64,000 bases of DNA from contig CM097882.1 of the NCBI GenBank assembly GCA_044892505.1, positions 471,386,001 to 471,450,000 on the forward strand, written 5' to 3'. The position numbers and the translations under genes are program-made. The DNA comes from Schmidtea nova (lineage: Eukaryota). The notes under the pieces are model-generated. The model worked only from the letters and a program-made list of their open reading frames with translations. It had not been told where the DNA came from and searched no databases. Shown here piece by piece: positions 1 through 13,849 of this stretch. Position 1 is the stretch's first letter. Each line of letters begins with the position of its first letter.

Positions 1-2263
1 TTTATTTTATTTTTGGATTTTCTTTATTATCAATCTGACAATGGATTGCTTGGTAATTAGCCGAGTTCCCTTTTTAATTTCGGGTTTTCCTCATGATTCA
101 TTTTAGCGGGATAATTAAATCACTTTGTTGATCGCCCGGCTTTCTCAAACTGCTCGAGTTTTCCATTGGTTCGGGCTCAGGTTTCTCATTAGTCAATTAA
201 CTTTTAATTAATTTGTTAATTTTCCAATTATTTCTTTCTGGGGACCCTTTTTTGATTTTATATTACCATATCTGAATTCATCTCATCATTTGGCATTCTC
301 CAATACCAGTTTCCCCGTTAAGTCTTTAATTTTTAATTTTCCAATTATTTTTCAATTTTTTACTTAATTGTTGTACTTTAATTATTACTTTTAAATTTTC
401 ATTTCATTTTTTATTGATTTGCACATAGTTTTTGTACATATTATTTTATTTCGTGCCTGTTCAGGCGAACCTTAAAAATATTTGATGTCACAGCCCAAAC
501 GGAAACTGTCTTGGTACCATATATAGTTGACTTGGTAGTGAAAGTGTTAAAACAACTTCGATCTATTCTTTATATAAACAAATGAAATTTTCTTCCAGAT
601 TTATTAATTTGTTAAGAGCCTCAGTAGTTCATTGTGATTTTAGAAAATAATAAAATCCAATATTTATTTTTGATTACTATAATAACAAATTTAATAACAA
701 GAAACCCATTTTTATCAAATTAGTAAAATTTCACTTGTGTTACCCGTACATCTGCTATCTCTGAAAGGAACCTTAAAGATTAATTTTTATTAGGCTTCAA
801 AGGTTTAATATAAAGTGGTTTCTATACTATATGCTTGGGATGCTCAAAGCTTTATGTATGAGGAGCCATCTTTGATAGTCGTAAAACACTGTAGAGCCGT
901 AAGATTTTCAATAAAAACTTAAATTAATTTTTATTGCATTAATTACTTAATAATTAAACGTATTTTTAAAAAAATATATTTATGTTTACTTACATAAACG
1001 TAGGCGTTGTGAAAAAATTCTTAAAATTTCATTTATATATTAAAATTTCAGTTACAACTTAATAAACTATTGAGCCACAAAAAATGTCAAAGAGCCGTAT
1101 GCGGGTTACCAGCCGCAGTTTGAGCAAGTCTACTAAATATGTGAGATGTTAATATAAATATTTAAAAATTTGATAAAATAAGTTTAATAAATATTGATTT
1201 AAAAATAAGATTATAAAATTTACAAAAAATTCAAAAAATGAGAGTTTAAAATTTTAATTTGAAATACAATTGAAAATATAAAATTTAATCAGTATGTTGA
1301 ATTACATAATGTTTGAATCATAGCTCATAAATATTATCGATGCTTCAGAAAAAATATTCAAATAATAATTTTGATTAATATTTTTTGAATAATGTTTTAA
1401 AGAATATAATTTTTTGAATTAAATTTTGTTATTAATAAAAACAAATTTTGTCTAAAGAAGAAACCCAGTGTAATGTAATTGCAACTAACAATATGCTTTA
1501 AAATTTAATTTACAAAATTGATTTTTGTATAAAAATTGTTAGATAACATAATTTTTCCTAAGTATAAATTTCCATAATCCTCGGGTATTTCGTCTCAAAT
1601 TTAAATCAAGTGTAGCTTTTAATTAGTAATTTATAAAAAAATATCAAATATTATCTATAAAAAAATATCAAATATTATCTATAAAAATTTCCCCCACTAT
1701 AGTTTGTTGTATCCACAGTTGTCATCTTTCAGGTTTTGCTCGGAGTTTAGTATAAATCTCCGAGTTTCGTTTTTTAAAAGAAAAACATTCAATTTCAATA
1801 ATAATTCTTTGAAAATTATATTTTTCTAACTCTCAAAAATATATCATTAAAATTTTTATTCTCCGTCTGTATATTTATTTCATTAACATTTATTTTCAAA
1901 TTTTCCATAAAATTTATGTTGAATAGGAGAACAAAAATTTCTTCGATCTATCTAAAGGAAATAAGGAATTGCAATTTTTAAAGAGAATTTTCATATAAAA
2001 TGTTCTTTATTTTACTGGTATGCGATGGGAATAGTTTGAAAACTACTGCTCTAGAAGAAGTGATCTTTATGTAATTATAAGAATGCTTAAACAATTACCG
2101 TAAAATAAATCTATTCTGAGCATACCTGGAACCTAAACCATTATAATACTTTACAGACGTTACAATTTCTTAATCTCAAGTTCTAAAACAATTTCATTAA
2201 CATTTCTTATTTTCCCCTTCAATCTTTTCTTTTCTATTTCAAAAATTTTCATTTATTAAATAC

Positions 2264-2296
2264 ACACTTGAAATAAGCTGTGCCGAAAATTCGTGT
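2264..2296 (+). ncRNA. Degenerate hammerhead-variant motif in a Penelope terminal-repeat fragment
   Basis: ACAC-TTGAAATAA-GC TGT GCC-GAAA-ATTC-GTGT; homologous to the motif at 6501-6533. Confidence 0.4.
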
Positions 2297-4095
2297 ACTT
2301 TCTAAGAAAAGAAAGAAAACCTATAGTTTTAATAAAAAAATGAAAATTCAGAACTAAAAAAAAATTTTAGTTGACTAAGATTTGGCAATAACCATTAAAA
2401 GTACATATTAATTCTGCATAATGAATATCAATTTCATTTAGAATATAAAAGTGACGTCTATTAGAAAAATGAGAAAATATATTGAAATGTCCAAGTGTCA
2501 GTTTGCGGCGAGTGAATATGCTAATGTAGACTTGTCTATTGTTTTTCTATTGTCGTAAATAAATTGACTGCTATTCGTACGTGTTTTCTCTCCAAAAATG
2601 CCTGCAGTGAGATCAGAAGTTGAAAAGAAATGCGAATATTGAATATAAAGTAGACAAGATAAAAATAGCAGTCAATTTGTCTACAAAGTTAATCACTTAC
2701 CAGTTCAATTATTTAAATACAAATCGACAAAAGATAGCATATTTTTCACCAAATAAAAGTATGCAAAAATAATCGATATAAATATAAATAAATAAACCTG
2801 CGATTGTATTTCATGCAAGCAAGAATCGACTGGTTAAAATTAAAACTACCCAAGTGACACCCAGGATAGTCCGTACATTGACAAGCGTGCTACCCGAGTG
2901 ATGCTCGCAGTAAACCGTTAAGTGATTAACCAAAACAGTGGAAAAGTCGTAATCAAAATGCAATTAATATTAAAATAAAAGGCTTGCTATTAAATGACAT
3001 TAGATCAAATTAATTCTTAAGTAAAACAACAAAGTGGACCTACACTTGAAAAAAAGGTTTTTTTCCACAATTCTTTGGCTTTTAAGACATTTATCGACCT
3101 AATTGAAGTAACACCGTTTCTAAGATGAGGTTCAATGTTTCAAGTCAGGATAAAATTTACTTTTAAATTAATGTTTTGAGGTTTCACGTTTTTGCTTAAG
3201 ACAGTTTCGCAATCGCAATAAAATTTTAAAAAAGCATTCCATTCATTTCAATTACTGATAACGGTATATTTTTTGGTGCAATACTTCAATACTTCCAGAT
3301 TTGATAGTTAACATATGCAACGTATTTTAATAGAATAAAAAACAGATGAACAATCAGAAGGAAGGTAAGATTGAGAATTATATGTTTATAATTAATATGA
3401 TAGTCATTTGCATATTTAATATTTTACAAGTAGATATTTTTAATCGGTTTCCCGTCATTAGCGCGCAGTTATTCAAGAAAAAAATAAAATAAAGAATTAT
3501 ATATGTAAAAAGAATAATTTTTTAACAGTAACATTTTTACTAATTAATGTTTGTTATGCAATAGATTTTCATACTACAATATTATCTGCGATTCCTTGTA
3601 GATATCCAAACACTAGTATGCTGTCAAAGGTTGGAAATAATAATAGCAGGCATTGATGTCGATAACTCATATTCTCTACATCTTGCTCGGTAGAGATCGA
3701 TCTTGATGTCAAAGTGATCCTACCCCTTATGATGGTGGAAAACGAGCTTGTAGACAGACGACTGGCAATAGTCTACTATCTGTTGAAATGACTAATGTTG
3801 TGCCTCAATTAAATTAATCGAGCAGAGCAAACTGTCTTTTAAATGATTATGCATGATCAACTGTGTGATAAAAAATTTAGGAATTCCTCGACAGTTCTCT
3901 TATCAGTAATCATTGAATTTTGTAAGGTGCGGAGGTGTGCTGTTCATCAGATCATCAAAGTCATCTACCGTTGATAATTGAAATAAAGCTGAGAGCTAGC
4001 TAAATGCCTTTCAACATTCATACAAACCTTTTTATCGTGATAAATTTCCGATAAACGACATTCTTATATTTTTCGCCACAAACATTGACCAAGAT

Positions 4096-4444
4096 CAGGG
4101 CTTCTCATACTTCTTTCATTCACGACCCCATTTTTAATTGTGAATTTTTTGGCGACCCCATATAAATATAAAAGAAAGATATATAAATATTATGTGATGA
4201 TTTATTGATTAGGTAACACTATACATACATATGAAAAAATATAGTTTTAGAATTTGTTTAGAAACATACAAAAATATAAAATTAAAAATTGCACAGAAAG
4301 TTGTAAAATTGAATTTATGTCACAAATACAAAACTAGATTTTATAAATCCGTCTATTTAAATATTTTACATTAAAATCTCGCGACCCCAGGAATTTCTTA
4401 AGTGACCCCATTTAGGGTCGCGACCCAGAGTTTAAGAAGCCCTG
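4096..4444. mobile_element. hAT-family MITE
   Basis: TIRs CAGGGCTTCT / AGAAGCCCTG; 8-bp TSD ACCAAGAT / ACCTAGAT (7/8 match); internal CGACCC subterminal motifs. Confidence 0.8.
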
Positions 4445-5305
4445 ACCTAGATGAAAAGAGCATGAATATTCGTTAATTGAATCATATTCTACGTTATCTA
4501 TAGTACCCTATGAACAACAATAACAATTATACCATGTTAAACGAGGGTTACTTATATATTTTATGATACAATAAATGTAAATACTTTATTGTACTTCATG
4601 TGACATAAGTGTATGTGTGTATTTCTCAATTACTAAACACATTTTTCTTTTTATACCAGATTGAATTTTGAAATGATGCATTCGTTTATCTAGTTGATTC
4701 GTGGTTTTGACTTCATGTCACAAATGTGCATGGGCGTATGGAAACAGTGTAATAAGTCAAAGATTCATCCAACGGATAATGAATTACTAATTCTACACTG
4801 CCTTATTAATCAGCCTCCTTCTGCGTATTGAAACTCTATACACAATAGGACTAATGTTCGCCTACTTCAATATATTTCAAATCTTCATTAAAAATTATTT
4901 AGTATAATTCTCAGCGGAAATATATTTATTTACTTTTCTCATAAAAAACAGAGTTAACTAAACTTATTTGCTTCCTTGAATATAAAAATATATAAACGTT
5001 TGAAATATGATTAATTACGGTTACAAAGAAAATAAACATCGTGAAACAAAACTAATAAATATTTAACAATTATTTCTTAACATCCTTTTTGTATTTATAT
5101 TTACATGCGCACACACATATGTCATATATCTTCATTTTTTAACATATAGATCAAAGTAATTTCAATTTAACACAAATTTTCGGTACCGCCTTTTTAATTA
5201 TTTTTTGAATGATCAAAATTTAGAAATTTTATATTTATAATAAAATAATTTAAAATAATTATTTCAATTAAAATATCACATATTTTTAATAAATTTTAAA
5301 CTTAC

Positions 5306-5469
5306 TTTAATGCAGACACCGATTCCTTTGACACTCATTACAGAGAGAGAGCCGATACTTGAGCTGATTAAAATATAAATTACTGGATTTTTCTTTCCAT
5401 ACCTTGGACCGAGAATCAGTAGTAAAATGACAACCATCAACATCGTCAGGCCAACAAATACAATAAAAC
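5306..5469 (-). CDS. NIPA2: NIPA-family magnesium transporter, exon 3 (later exons not located in window)
   Basis: GFIVFVGLTML...GPRYGKKNPVIYILISSSIGSLSVMSVKGIGVCIK continues directly from exon 2. CAG acceptor at 5472-5470 has matching phase 1; GTAAG donor at 5305. Confidence 0.9.
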
Positions 5470-5609
5470 CTGAAAAAATTAAATTAATGTATATTAAAGT
5501 ATATTTATAAAATTTATTAAAGATCAAGTCATCTAATTCTCAGTGTTAACGTAAATGTTTTATTTTATTGAATTTATTGCGAATGTTATGATAAATTCAG
5601 ACAAATAAA

Positions 5610-5830
5610 AAAGCCTATTGTTATTAACCCAAGACAACAAACAATGTATTTAATGGAGAAAATAAAAGAGAATATTAAATAAATGGAGAAAAGTGGCATA
5701 ATTACAAGATGTGAATTTCCTTGGTATTTGTCTGTGTTAAAAAAGAGGAAATAAGGTCATGTTTAGATTTTAGGATATTGAACAACGTAACAGAAAGTTC
5801 AATATTCCCTATTCCCAGTACAGATGGCTC
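5610..5830 (+). pseudogene. Decayed Ty3/Gypsy reverse transcriptase fragment
   Basis: Reads ..NPR..; VCVKKEEIRSCLDFRILNNVTE..FPIP; recognisably homologous to the Gypsy RT at 36960-37200. Confidence 0.7.
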
Positions 5831-6316
5831 AAAAGACCGTCAGTCTTCTCCAAAGTATGTGAGAATTTTTTGTGCGTGTATTTACTTTGATTTTTGCGAT
5901 TTAAGTAAATTAACTGATGTGATTGTTGACAATTCTTATTTATTTCTTTTGATCTTTATTCTATACTCGTTTAAAATTTCAAATGTCATAGGCGAAATGC
6001 CAGATACTTTGGAGAAGACTGACAGTCTTTTCTGTACTCGAGTTTTAGACCATTTCAATTGCTGGTAATGTGTTTCATCTTCAATCATAATGTTTTTTAC
6101 AAATATGGGAATATTTATAAAATATTCTTAAAAAAATATATTTTTTAAAAAGGGAATATAAATTTTTAAGATTAATTTATTTAAATTAAAAAATAATTTT
6201 ATCGTTTTAAATGTTTTGGTTATTTTATAAAATTATAAATTATATTTTAAAAAAATTATGATTAATTTGTTTGAAAATCGATTTTGTTGCTTTATATAGG
6301 AATGTTTGACTGAATA

Positions 6317-6354
6317 GCACCTGATGATAAGGAGTTTCTCGAAATAAATTGTGC
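6317..6354 (+). ncRNA. Candidate minimal type I hammerhead ribozyme
   Basis: GCAC-CTGATGA-(TAAG)-GAG TTT CTC-GAAA-TAAAT-T-GTGC: 4-bp stem I, intact core, 3-bp stem II, but an atypical 4-nt insertion after A9. Confidence 0.45.
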
Positions 6355-6429
6355 AGAATATATTTGGATTTGCGTTTGTTTTTAATTATTTCAGTGCCAT
6401 GTTTGTTGTGTTATGAATTTAATTTAAAT

Positions 6430-7720
6430 AACTATTAATTATTATTATCAATAATTCTCATAATGACTATAGATCAAAAATTTTTTTTTTATAAACAATA
6501 ACACAATATTTCGGCACAGCCTTTATCAAGTGTGTATTTCTATCGTTATATTTAGTTAATCCTAAATAGTAGCCATAATTATTTTTTTAATATTTTATAA
6601 TGATTTTACTGGATGAAAAAAATTATTTTAATTTTTTTGTGCGAATTGAATGTTGATGGACGGTTTGTATTTTTTTATGAAAAAAGTCTCGGAAGCTAAT
6701 CTTTGTAATGAATTTTTGAATCCTTCTTGTAGAATCTGGCATTTTGTTTCTTCTATAGATGGAGTTGTTTTATGTACTTTCTCCCAGTGTTCGTAATAAT
6801 TACTGGTTTTAATTTTAGTGTGTTCATTAAGTCGGGTGCGAAAAGTTCTATGTGTTTCTCCCATGTAAGTAGCGTCACATTTTTGGCAAGAAAGTTTATA
6901 TACTATATTTTTGGAAAAGCAAAAGCATCGGGTTGTGGAACGGCAAAGACATTTATGTTTGGAGATGTTGGAAATTGGTGGCTTTCGGAGTTGTGATTTT
7001 AACGGTGCGGAGGTTATGAACGTTGGACGGATGTGGATAGGCAAATCTGTTTGATTAAAAATGTTGGTGATTTTGTTGGCTGTAGTGTCATTTAGGAAAG
7101 GTAATCTTAGATATGTTGTGTGTTTGTTATTGTTATTGTGTTTCTGACGTTTTCTATTGTTGCGTTTATTGTGGTATGGTTCGTTAAGGAAGTGTTTCTT
7201 TACAAATTCTTCAGGGTATCCATTTTGAAAGAATCGTATTTTGAAGTTTTCTAATGTTTCTTGTATTTTGTTTGCGTCTGAACAGTTTCTTATGGCTCTT
7301 TTTCTTTCTCCTATTAGTAATGCGATTTTGCGTTGAAGTGGAACGTGGCTTTTCCATTATAGGATATGACCGCTATGTAAACTTTTAGAATATAGCTCGG
7401 TGTTTGCATTTAGTGTATCTTGGCCTTTTGTGAAACTTACTATGGTATCTAAAAATGGTATTTTACCTTCTGTGTTCGGCGTTTCAAAAGTGAATTGTAT
7501 GTTGGTGTTAGTAGAATTTGCGTGTGATAGGATTTGATTGAGAGGGATTGTGGAGACTATGAAGATGTCGTCGATGTATCGTTTCCAGAAAAGTATTTTG
7601 TCACCAAAAAAAGATATGATCTTAGATTCTATAAAGTTCCTGTAGAAGATGGCTGGCTAAGATGGGAGAAAGGTTATTACCCATGGCTAATCCATGAATT
7701 TGTTTGAATGGTTTTTCTTT
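6430..7720 (-). mobile_element. Penelope-like element family 1, copy A (5'-truncated; RT C-terminus + GIY-YIG endonuclease + 3' terminal repeat)
   Basis: RT motifs ..LSPILA.. and FWKRYIDDIF; GIY-YIG region (VYKLSCQKCDATYMGETHRTFRTRLNEH...ETFFIKKYKPSINIQ); frameshifts present. Confidence 0.92.
6501..6533 (-). ncRNA. Variant minimal hammerhead ribozyme in the Penelope terminal repeat
   Basis: Minus strand ACAC-TTGATAA-A-GGC TGT GCC-GAAA-TATT-GTGT: U3-A8 covariation, 3-bp stem II, palindromic ATAT stem III; same sense as the element ORF. Confidence 0.7.
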
Positions 7721-7723
7721 AAT

Positions 7724-7800
7724 TATGACTTTAATTATGACTTAATGACTTTAATGACTTTAATGACTTTAATGACTTTAATGACTTTAATGACTTTAAT
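7724..7800. repeat. 9-bp tandem repeat (AATGACTTT)n
   Basis: About six perfect units plus degenerate ones, directly at the 5' truncation of Penelope copy A. Confidence 0.9.
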
Positions 7801-9606
7801 TATATTTAATTAATATATTTATTATTATTACTTTATGACTGCAAAATTTAATGAATCAATATATTTGATGAATTCCTCAAAACATGAAAACAATATTTCT
7901 CCAGTAATAATTATTTTGTTTGAATAATATATATTTCGTTAGAATACTATATATTTTGTTATTGCGTTGATTCAAAATGACTCTGTTTATTTCTGACAAT
8001 CATGGTATTTTGATAAACATCTTGGTCACCAATTCCTTTACGAAATTTGTAACAAAAAACTGTTTATCTATCGATGGATGCATTTCGACATAATTTATTA
8101 ACTCTTAGACAATACAACCAACTACAATGACATCCATTTTTATCAAAATTTAAGACCAAGATTTCAAAATTCACAAAAACAAAACCTATGTTTAATATTT
8201 TAACAAATCATTTTTATAAATTAAATCAAAATTTGAACATTATATAATTTTTCACACTTGTATTTTCTACTCATTTATCTTCGTCTCTGTGATTTATTTT
8301 AAACTGATTTATAAAAACGATCACTGCAAAGATTCAATAAAATAAAAACTGACATTAATTTAAAGAAAAAAAATCATAGATTTAAGTACTTCAAGCACAC
8401 AATTTAAGTTTTTTTATTTTTTCATCTATTTAAATCTCTAAATTACTGGGCTAATATTTTCACAGTGAAAGCAGAAAATTCAGCGAAGAAATTCACTATA
8501 AAATAAAAGTATTGATGCCTAGCAGACAAAAAAATATAATTAAAAGTTTACCTTTTGTTACAATGGTGTTGTCTTGACAATTTGTGATATTACTGAGATT
8601 ATACTCAACGGTGAATCTAATCTGCCATCTATTCATAGCCAGAGAGAGTCGGATATTAAAAATAAAACAATGTATAATTTCGAAAATTTTATGTATTGTC
8701 ATAATAATATAAGTTTTGTAACTGAAAATTAGCACACACACACACCGACATAAAATAACAAACTATGCACACAAACTTTGAGTAAATTTTACCTAGTTCT
8801 AATTAAACAAATTAACTTTTTAAAGCTTATATATATATATATATATATATATATAGCTTATATATATAAACTTTAAAATTTAATTTACATAATCGAATTT
8901 TTGTATATAAATTGTTATTTAACCCGCAGAAAACAAATTTTGTGAGTTAATCAATAAAAAAATTTTCTCCCAAAGTTATAACTAAGGCACATTTTTCAAA
9001 ATCAATATCTTTTATTATCGTAGATTCATTGATATATTTTTATCTAACTCATGATTTTTAGATTTTGCTTATTGTGAATTCTATCAGAATAATGTTATAT
9101 TGTAGTTTCTGAATGTTTCATGCACATTGATATTGATATACAACTTGACAACAATAATAAGGTTGATTAAATTGGCAAAAAAGATTTTACACTATAAATA
9201 GGTGCACTTACACAATTTGAAATTAAAATGGACAAAGATTTAAGTAATAAAACCTATATTTGTGAATATTGTACAGGTAACAGTCGAGTTACACGGTCAA
9301 TTGGTTCCGTGAATTCAGAATCAGTGAGAATTAAATCATGTAGCTCAATTACCAAATAACAAGAAGGATTGCTGCATTTTTTCAGTGTAATGTAATATTT
9401 GAATATTAACTGTATCTTAAGACTAATTCTATCTTTATGAAGATAAAGTTTATCAAAACAATATAAATCATTAGTTATATTTAATGAATAGGATTAATTT
9501 TATCATAATTGTCTTTAGGTTTCACCTTTTATCTTTTTTATTTATATAAATAATTTTGATAATTGAATGACTTTAGATTAAATTTTTTTGGTTTTGGGTT
9601 TTTTGG

Positions 9607-9990
9607 TTGTTAAATACACAATATTTCAGCACGGCTATTGATAAGTGTGTATTTCAATCGTTATATCAACTTAATCCTAAATAGTAACATTATTTATTTT
9701 ATATTTTAAAATGATTTTATTGGATTTTTTTAATCCGTTACTACGGATTAAAATATTCATTACAAAGATTAACTTCCCAGACTTCTTATATAAAAAATAC
9801 AAACCGTCCATCAACATTCAATTCTTACAAAAAATCATGTTTAAAAATTTTAAATCAAATTAGTTTTCATTAAATAAAATCATTTCAAAAAATAAAATAA
9901 ATAATTAATATTTACTATTTAGGATTAAGTTTATAAGACGATTGTAATACACACTTGATATAATATAGGCTGTGCTGAAATATCGTGTAC
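9607..9990. mobile_element. Penelope family 1 terminal-repeat remnant, two copies in inverted orientation
   Basis: 9607-9730 and ~9870-9990 are inverted copies of the 6500-6620 repeat. The interior holds the KKYKPSINIQF coding tail. Hammerhead-like motif at 9951-9988 (+). Confidence 0.8.
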
Positions 9991-11712
9991 TTAACAACCA
10001 AAAATATTTGATTTATAGTCATACAATTATGAAAATTATTAATATAACATTAAATATAAAACATAAACGAGACCAGAATACAAACCAACTGGTTTTTGAT
10101 TTGCTATTAAACAACTACTTATATTACACGAATTTCAGAAAATTTGAAGTTTTGAATTACCTATATTAAGACATTTAAATTCAATACGATTTCAACCAAA
10201 ATAAATTTATTAATTTTCAATCTAATGGGTGCAATGCAAAATATACTTTTAGTCAGAAGATAAATTTGATAACTTTAGTGAGTTTCAGATTATCTATAAA
10301 TGAATAACACAATAGACACAATCTTTTGCTGAACTATAAAGTCAATTAATAGGTTAGTGTTGAAAAGTGGTATTCAGCTTGAAAAATAAAAAAAAACTAT
10401 AAACTGTTGGGTTTATTTTAAATTGCCACAAGAAGGATTTAATTGGCTGACTCCGCGCGTCCCTTTGATCAAACAACTAGAATCCTGCATATTATTTCGT
10501 CAACAACACAAATCACAAAACCAATCGTCAATGATAGTTAGTGAAAATTGCTTAGTTTACCAAAGATGAACTACCCGACGATGATTTACGAAAAACAATT
10601 ACTTTTCTTTATAATATTACTTGAAAACACTTCCTGACTTTTTTTCTTTTTCAAATCTTTATTCTCTCTTTAACTTTGAACTCGGTCTGTTTTCTCGAAC
10701 TCTAAATTATTTTGCATCTCCAATTTGTCTTCTGGTACTAGCTGTGTTTAATCTCTCATTTGATAATGTTTTACGCCGTATCTAATTATTGACTGCATCC
10801 AGACTAAATTAAGTTGTATTGTTTGTCCGCAGTGGTTCCTGAGAACTGTAATTATTAGACAATAATCTTTAATTTGGTAGACCACTACTATGCCGTTTTA
10901 ATGGACAATCCCGTTTTCTTTAGGAGATTATCGTTGATCCTTTTTACATAATTAATTAGATATTTAACTAATTTTTATTTTTAAAATACCTTTACCTGTG
11001 GACTCCCATCAAAATTCAATTGTTATATTTTTCTTTAACTTTTCATTTGCTACCTACTCATACCTTATCCCCCGCAAAATAGATGTCTTCATTTTTAATT
11101 AATTTTTAATTATATTTTGTCTCAATTTAAATTTTTAAGTTATCTATGGTTTGCATTAAATTTTGTAATTTTTTTTGTTCATTTTTATGTAACCCTAACA
11201 AAACTAAGGATACAAAAGGAAAAAGTCTATTAATGATGAGCCTAATTTGTAAATTTATATTTTATTTGTGAAATATCAAGAGTAAGATCAGAGTTTAGGT
11301 TATCAGAAAAACTTATTGAGAGTTAGAAAAAGTATTTTTCAAAAGATTTTATTGATAAATTTATTTGGAATTTTTAGTAATTTTCAAGCGTAAAAAACGT
11401 AGGAAAAGTTAATGAAACAAAATTTTACAAACAGTTTTAACTAGAAGTATCTCCTAAAAATTTATATGTGCACTATCAATTCTTTACTTTTAAATGAAAA
11501 AAAAATTGTCACCTTTGCCCTTTGAAATACAACAGAAGATAATTAATAATTTAAAATAATCCGACATATGAACCAATCAAATTACGCAATTAACATATCT
11601 GATGATGAATCGGTTATTTTTATCTCTTTCGCAATTAACTTAACTAAATTAATATTGGATTTTATCATATAATTTTATTACGTTCACTCTTTGTGAGACA
11701 AATAACGTTAAT

Positions 11713-12038
11713 CAGAGGTTCCCAAACAGCGGGTCGCAAACCGACATAAGGTGGGTCACGAAAAAATTTAATATTTAGTTGCTTGTATTAATTGTGTGCA
11801 TATTAATTTGCTTTTAATTAATTTGCCGTAAAACAAAAGTAGATGCCGAAGATCTTATTGCCAAAGATAGAAAGCAAGCTCATTTATCTCATGCATCCTA
11901 TTAATTATGCTTAATTATGTGCTTTTAATAAATATATAAATTAAGGTTTATACTTTTTTCGTTTAATTTTCACAGGTGAATCGCGAAACCTATACGGTTT
12001 TAATAGCCGGTCTCGACTGATAAAAGTTGGAACCACTG
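11713..12038. mobile_element. Probable hAT (Charlie-like) MITE
   Basis: CAGAGGTTCCCAAAC / GTTGGAACCACTG ends and GGGTCGC-type subterminal motifs; no TSD match. Confidence 0.55.
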
Positions 12039-12307
12039 GCATAAACTGTTTCCGTACATATCATATTCTACAAATATATATTGCAGAGAAAGGCTATCAA
12101 ATTTTAAATTATATTGTATTTTAATAATAACTCTGTTATTGACAAAATGAAATTTTTTAAAATATTTTTATTAACGTCAAAAATTTATATTATTACTTCA
12201 CTATTTTATCATTATACTACTATTAATACATTTTTATAGTTAATTATTAAATCTAATTAACTTTAGCTTTTACCATAACCGTACAATAATAATAACTGCT
12301 ATCATTA

Positions 12308-13528
12308 CCCTGTTTTTTGCTTATAAGGTACGACCTTAGTAAACTTTAAAAGTTTTTTTTTGAGCCCAAAGGTACTTTAGTACAGAATGGTACCTTAGTA
12401 TCAAGTGGAACCTTAGAAAAAAAACGGTAAAATAATTTATACTCAGAAATATATAAAAAGTATTAAAAGTTTTTATTCAAAAATTCTACTTCCTCTTCAC
12501 TAGCAAAGTTTTCTCGATCAAGAAATATATCAATAAGCTGATCACGAATATCATTATCGTCTTTTTCTTCTTCATCTTTATCATCCAACAATTCCTCGAC
12601 CATTGGCTCATTAATATCATCCAAGTCTTCTGTATAAAAATCAATGGTTGTCGATCTGAAACCATTTTTTATTGCAGAAACTGGTACTGCCTTCCATGCC
12701 TCAGATATCCAATGACAAATCTCTTCGTAGGAAGCTCGCTTCATTTTTCTAGACTTTGTGTATTCTTCATATCCTTTTACCATCCAATTCTCCCAATGAC
12801 GTCGGAGATGAGTTTTAAATGATTTATTTTACACTTATATCTAGAACTTGTAATTTTTTTTGTTAAACCACCTGGAATCATACCAATCAGTGTCCCAGCT
12901 GCAGTAAATTTAGATTTGACTTCATCAGTGCGATGACCAGGGGCAGAATCGATCATGATAAGTGATTTTCTAATGAAAAACACCATTTTTCTTTTCATCC
13001 AAACTTTTTCATGCCACAGCAGAGTTTCCGTTGAAGTCATTTGAGATTTTTCATTAGCTGATACGAATAACCCATTTCTTCAAATGATCCTCCAATTCTG
13101 GCCATTGAATGGGTCGAATTTTCTTGACTACTTTTGCATTTTTATTTCCAATCGATTGCAGAAGATCTTTTTGTTTTTTCCATCGCTTGATGAGGTTAAT
13201 GTGACAGCCATAATGTTCAGCTGCTTTTGAAATGGATGAATTCAAAGCATAATTCACAGCAGCTTCTTTAAATTGTATTGTATATGTTTTTCGTTTTTTG
13301 TCTGCCATTTTTGAATTTGATTTGAATTTGTTAAATTAATTATATAATTAAAAAAAATTATTGATTTATTATTAGTATCTTAATTTTTAAAAAAATATTT
13401 TATTAAATATTATAACCTTAGTAAAAAGTGGTACCTTTGTAAAGATAGTACAAAAATCGTGGGCTTCCAAAAACTTTAATAATGTCGTACCTTAGTAGGG
13501 AGTAGTACCTTATAACCAAAAAACAGGG
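12308..13528 (-). mobile_element. pogo-like DNA transposon, internally deleted and frameshifted
   Basis: TIRs CCCTGTTTTTTG(C/G)TTATAAGGTAC with TA TSD. ORFs 13054-13308 (HTH: RKTYTIQFKEAAVNYA; WPELEDHLKKWV), 12777-13040 (DDE_1: LIMIDSAPGH, IPGGLT) and 12463-12783 (ICHWISEAW). Confidence 0.93.
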
Positions 13529-13849
13529 TAATAAATGTTTAAGAGATTTAATAATTTTTATATTTAATTAATGACGTAGTGACGCAATATATCCAGTTAA
13601 AATAAAATATATGATAATGCTCTACTCTGTATAAAAGTATGCGCTAATAATAAATAGTGATTATTATACCATACCAATATTGATAGTCATATTTCATCAA
13701 ATAAAATTTGTACTAACCTTAAGTTGATCCTTATAAACAATTTTGAGAAAAATCTATTAAATGACGCTGTGACATTTTAATGATAACTCATCAATGACAA
13801 ATAACGAACATAGTCGTTGCAATTAATAAGCATAGCATTTAGCAATTAA

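Noticed and set aside
1092-1125. GAGCCGTATGCG resembles the 5' arm of group II intron domain V
   Set aside because: The 3' arm (CGCACGTACGGTTC) is absent. GAGCCG..ATGCGG..AGCCGCAGTTTG and the repeated GAGCC motifs upstream fit a hAT MITE subterminal end.
1-5300. Remaining NIPA 3' exons (Q.NYLN.AL...PIYYV)
   Set aside because: Searched by eye and not found; the fragments at 3550-4060 and 4740-4900 look like decayed retroelement DNA instead.
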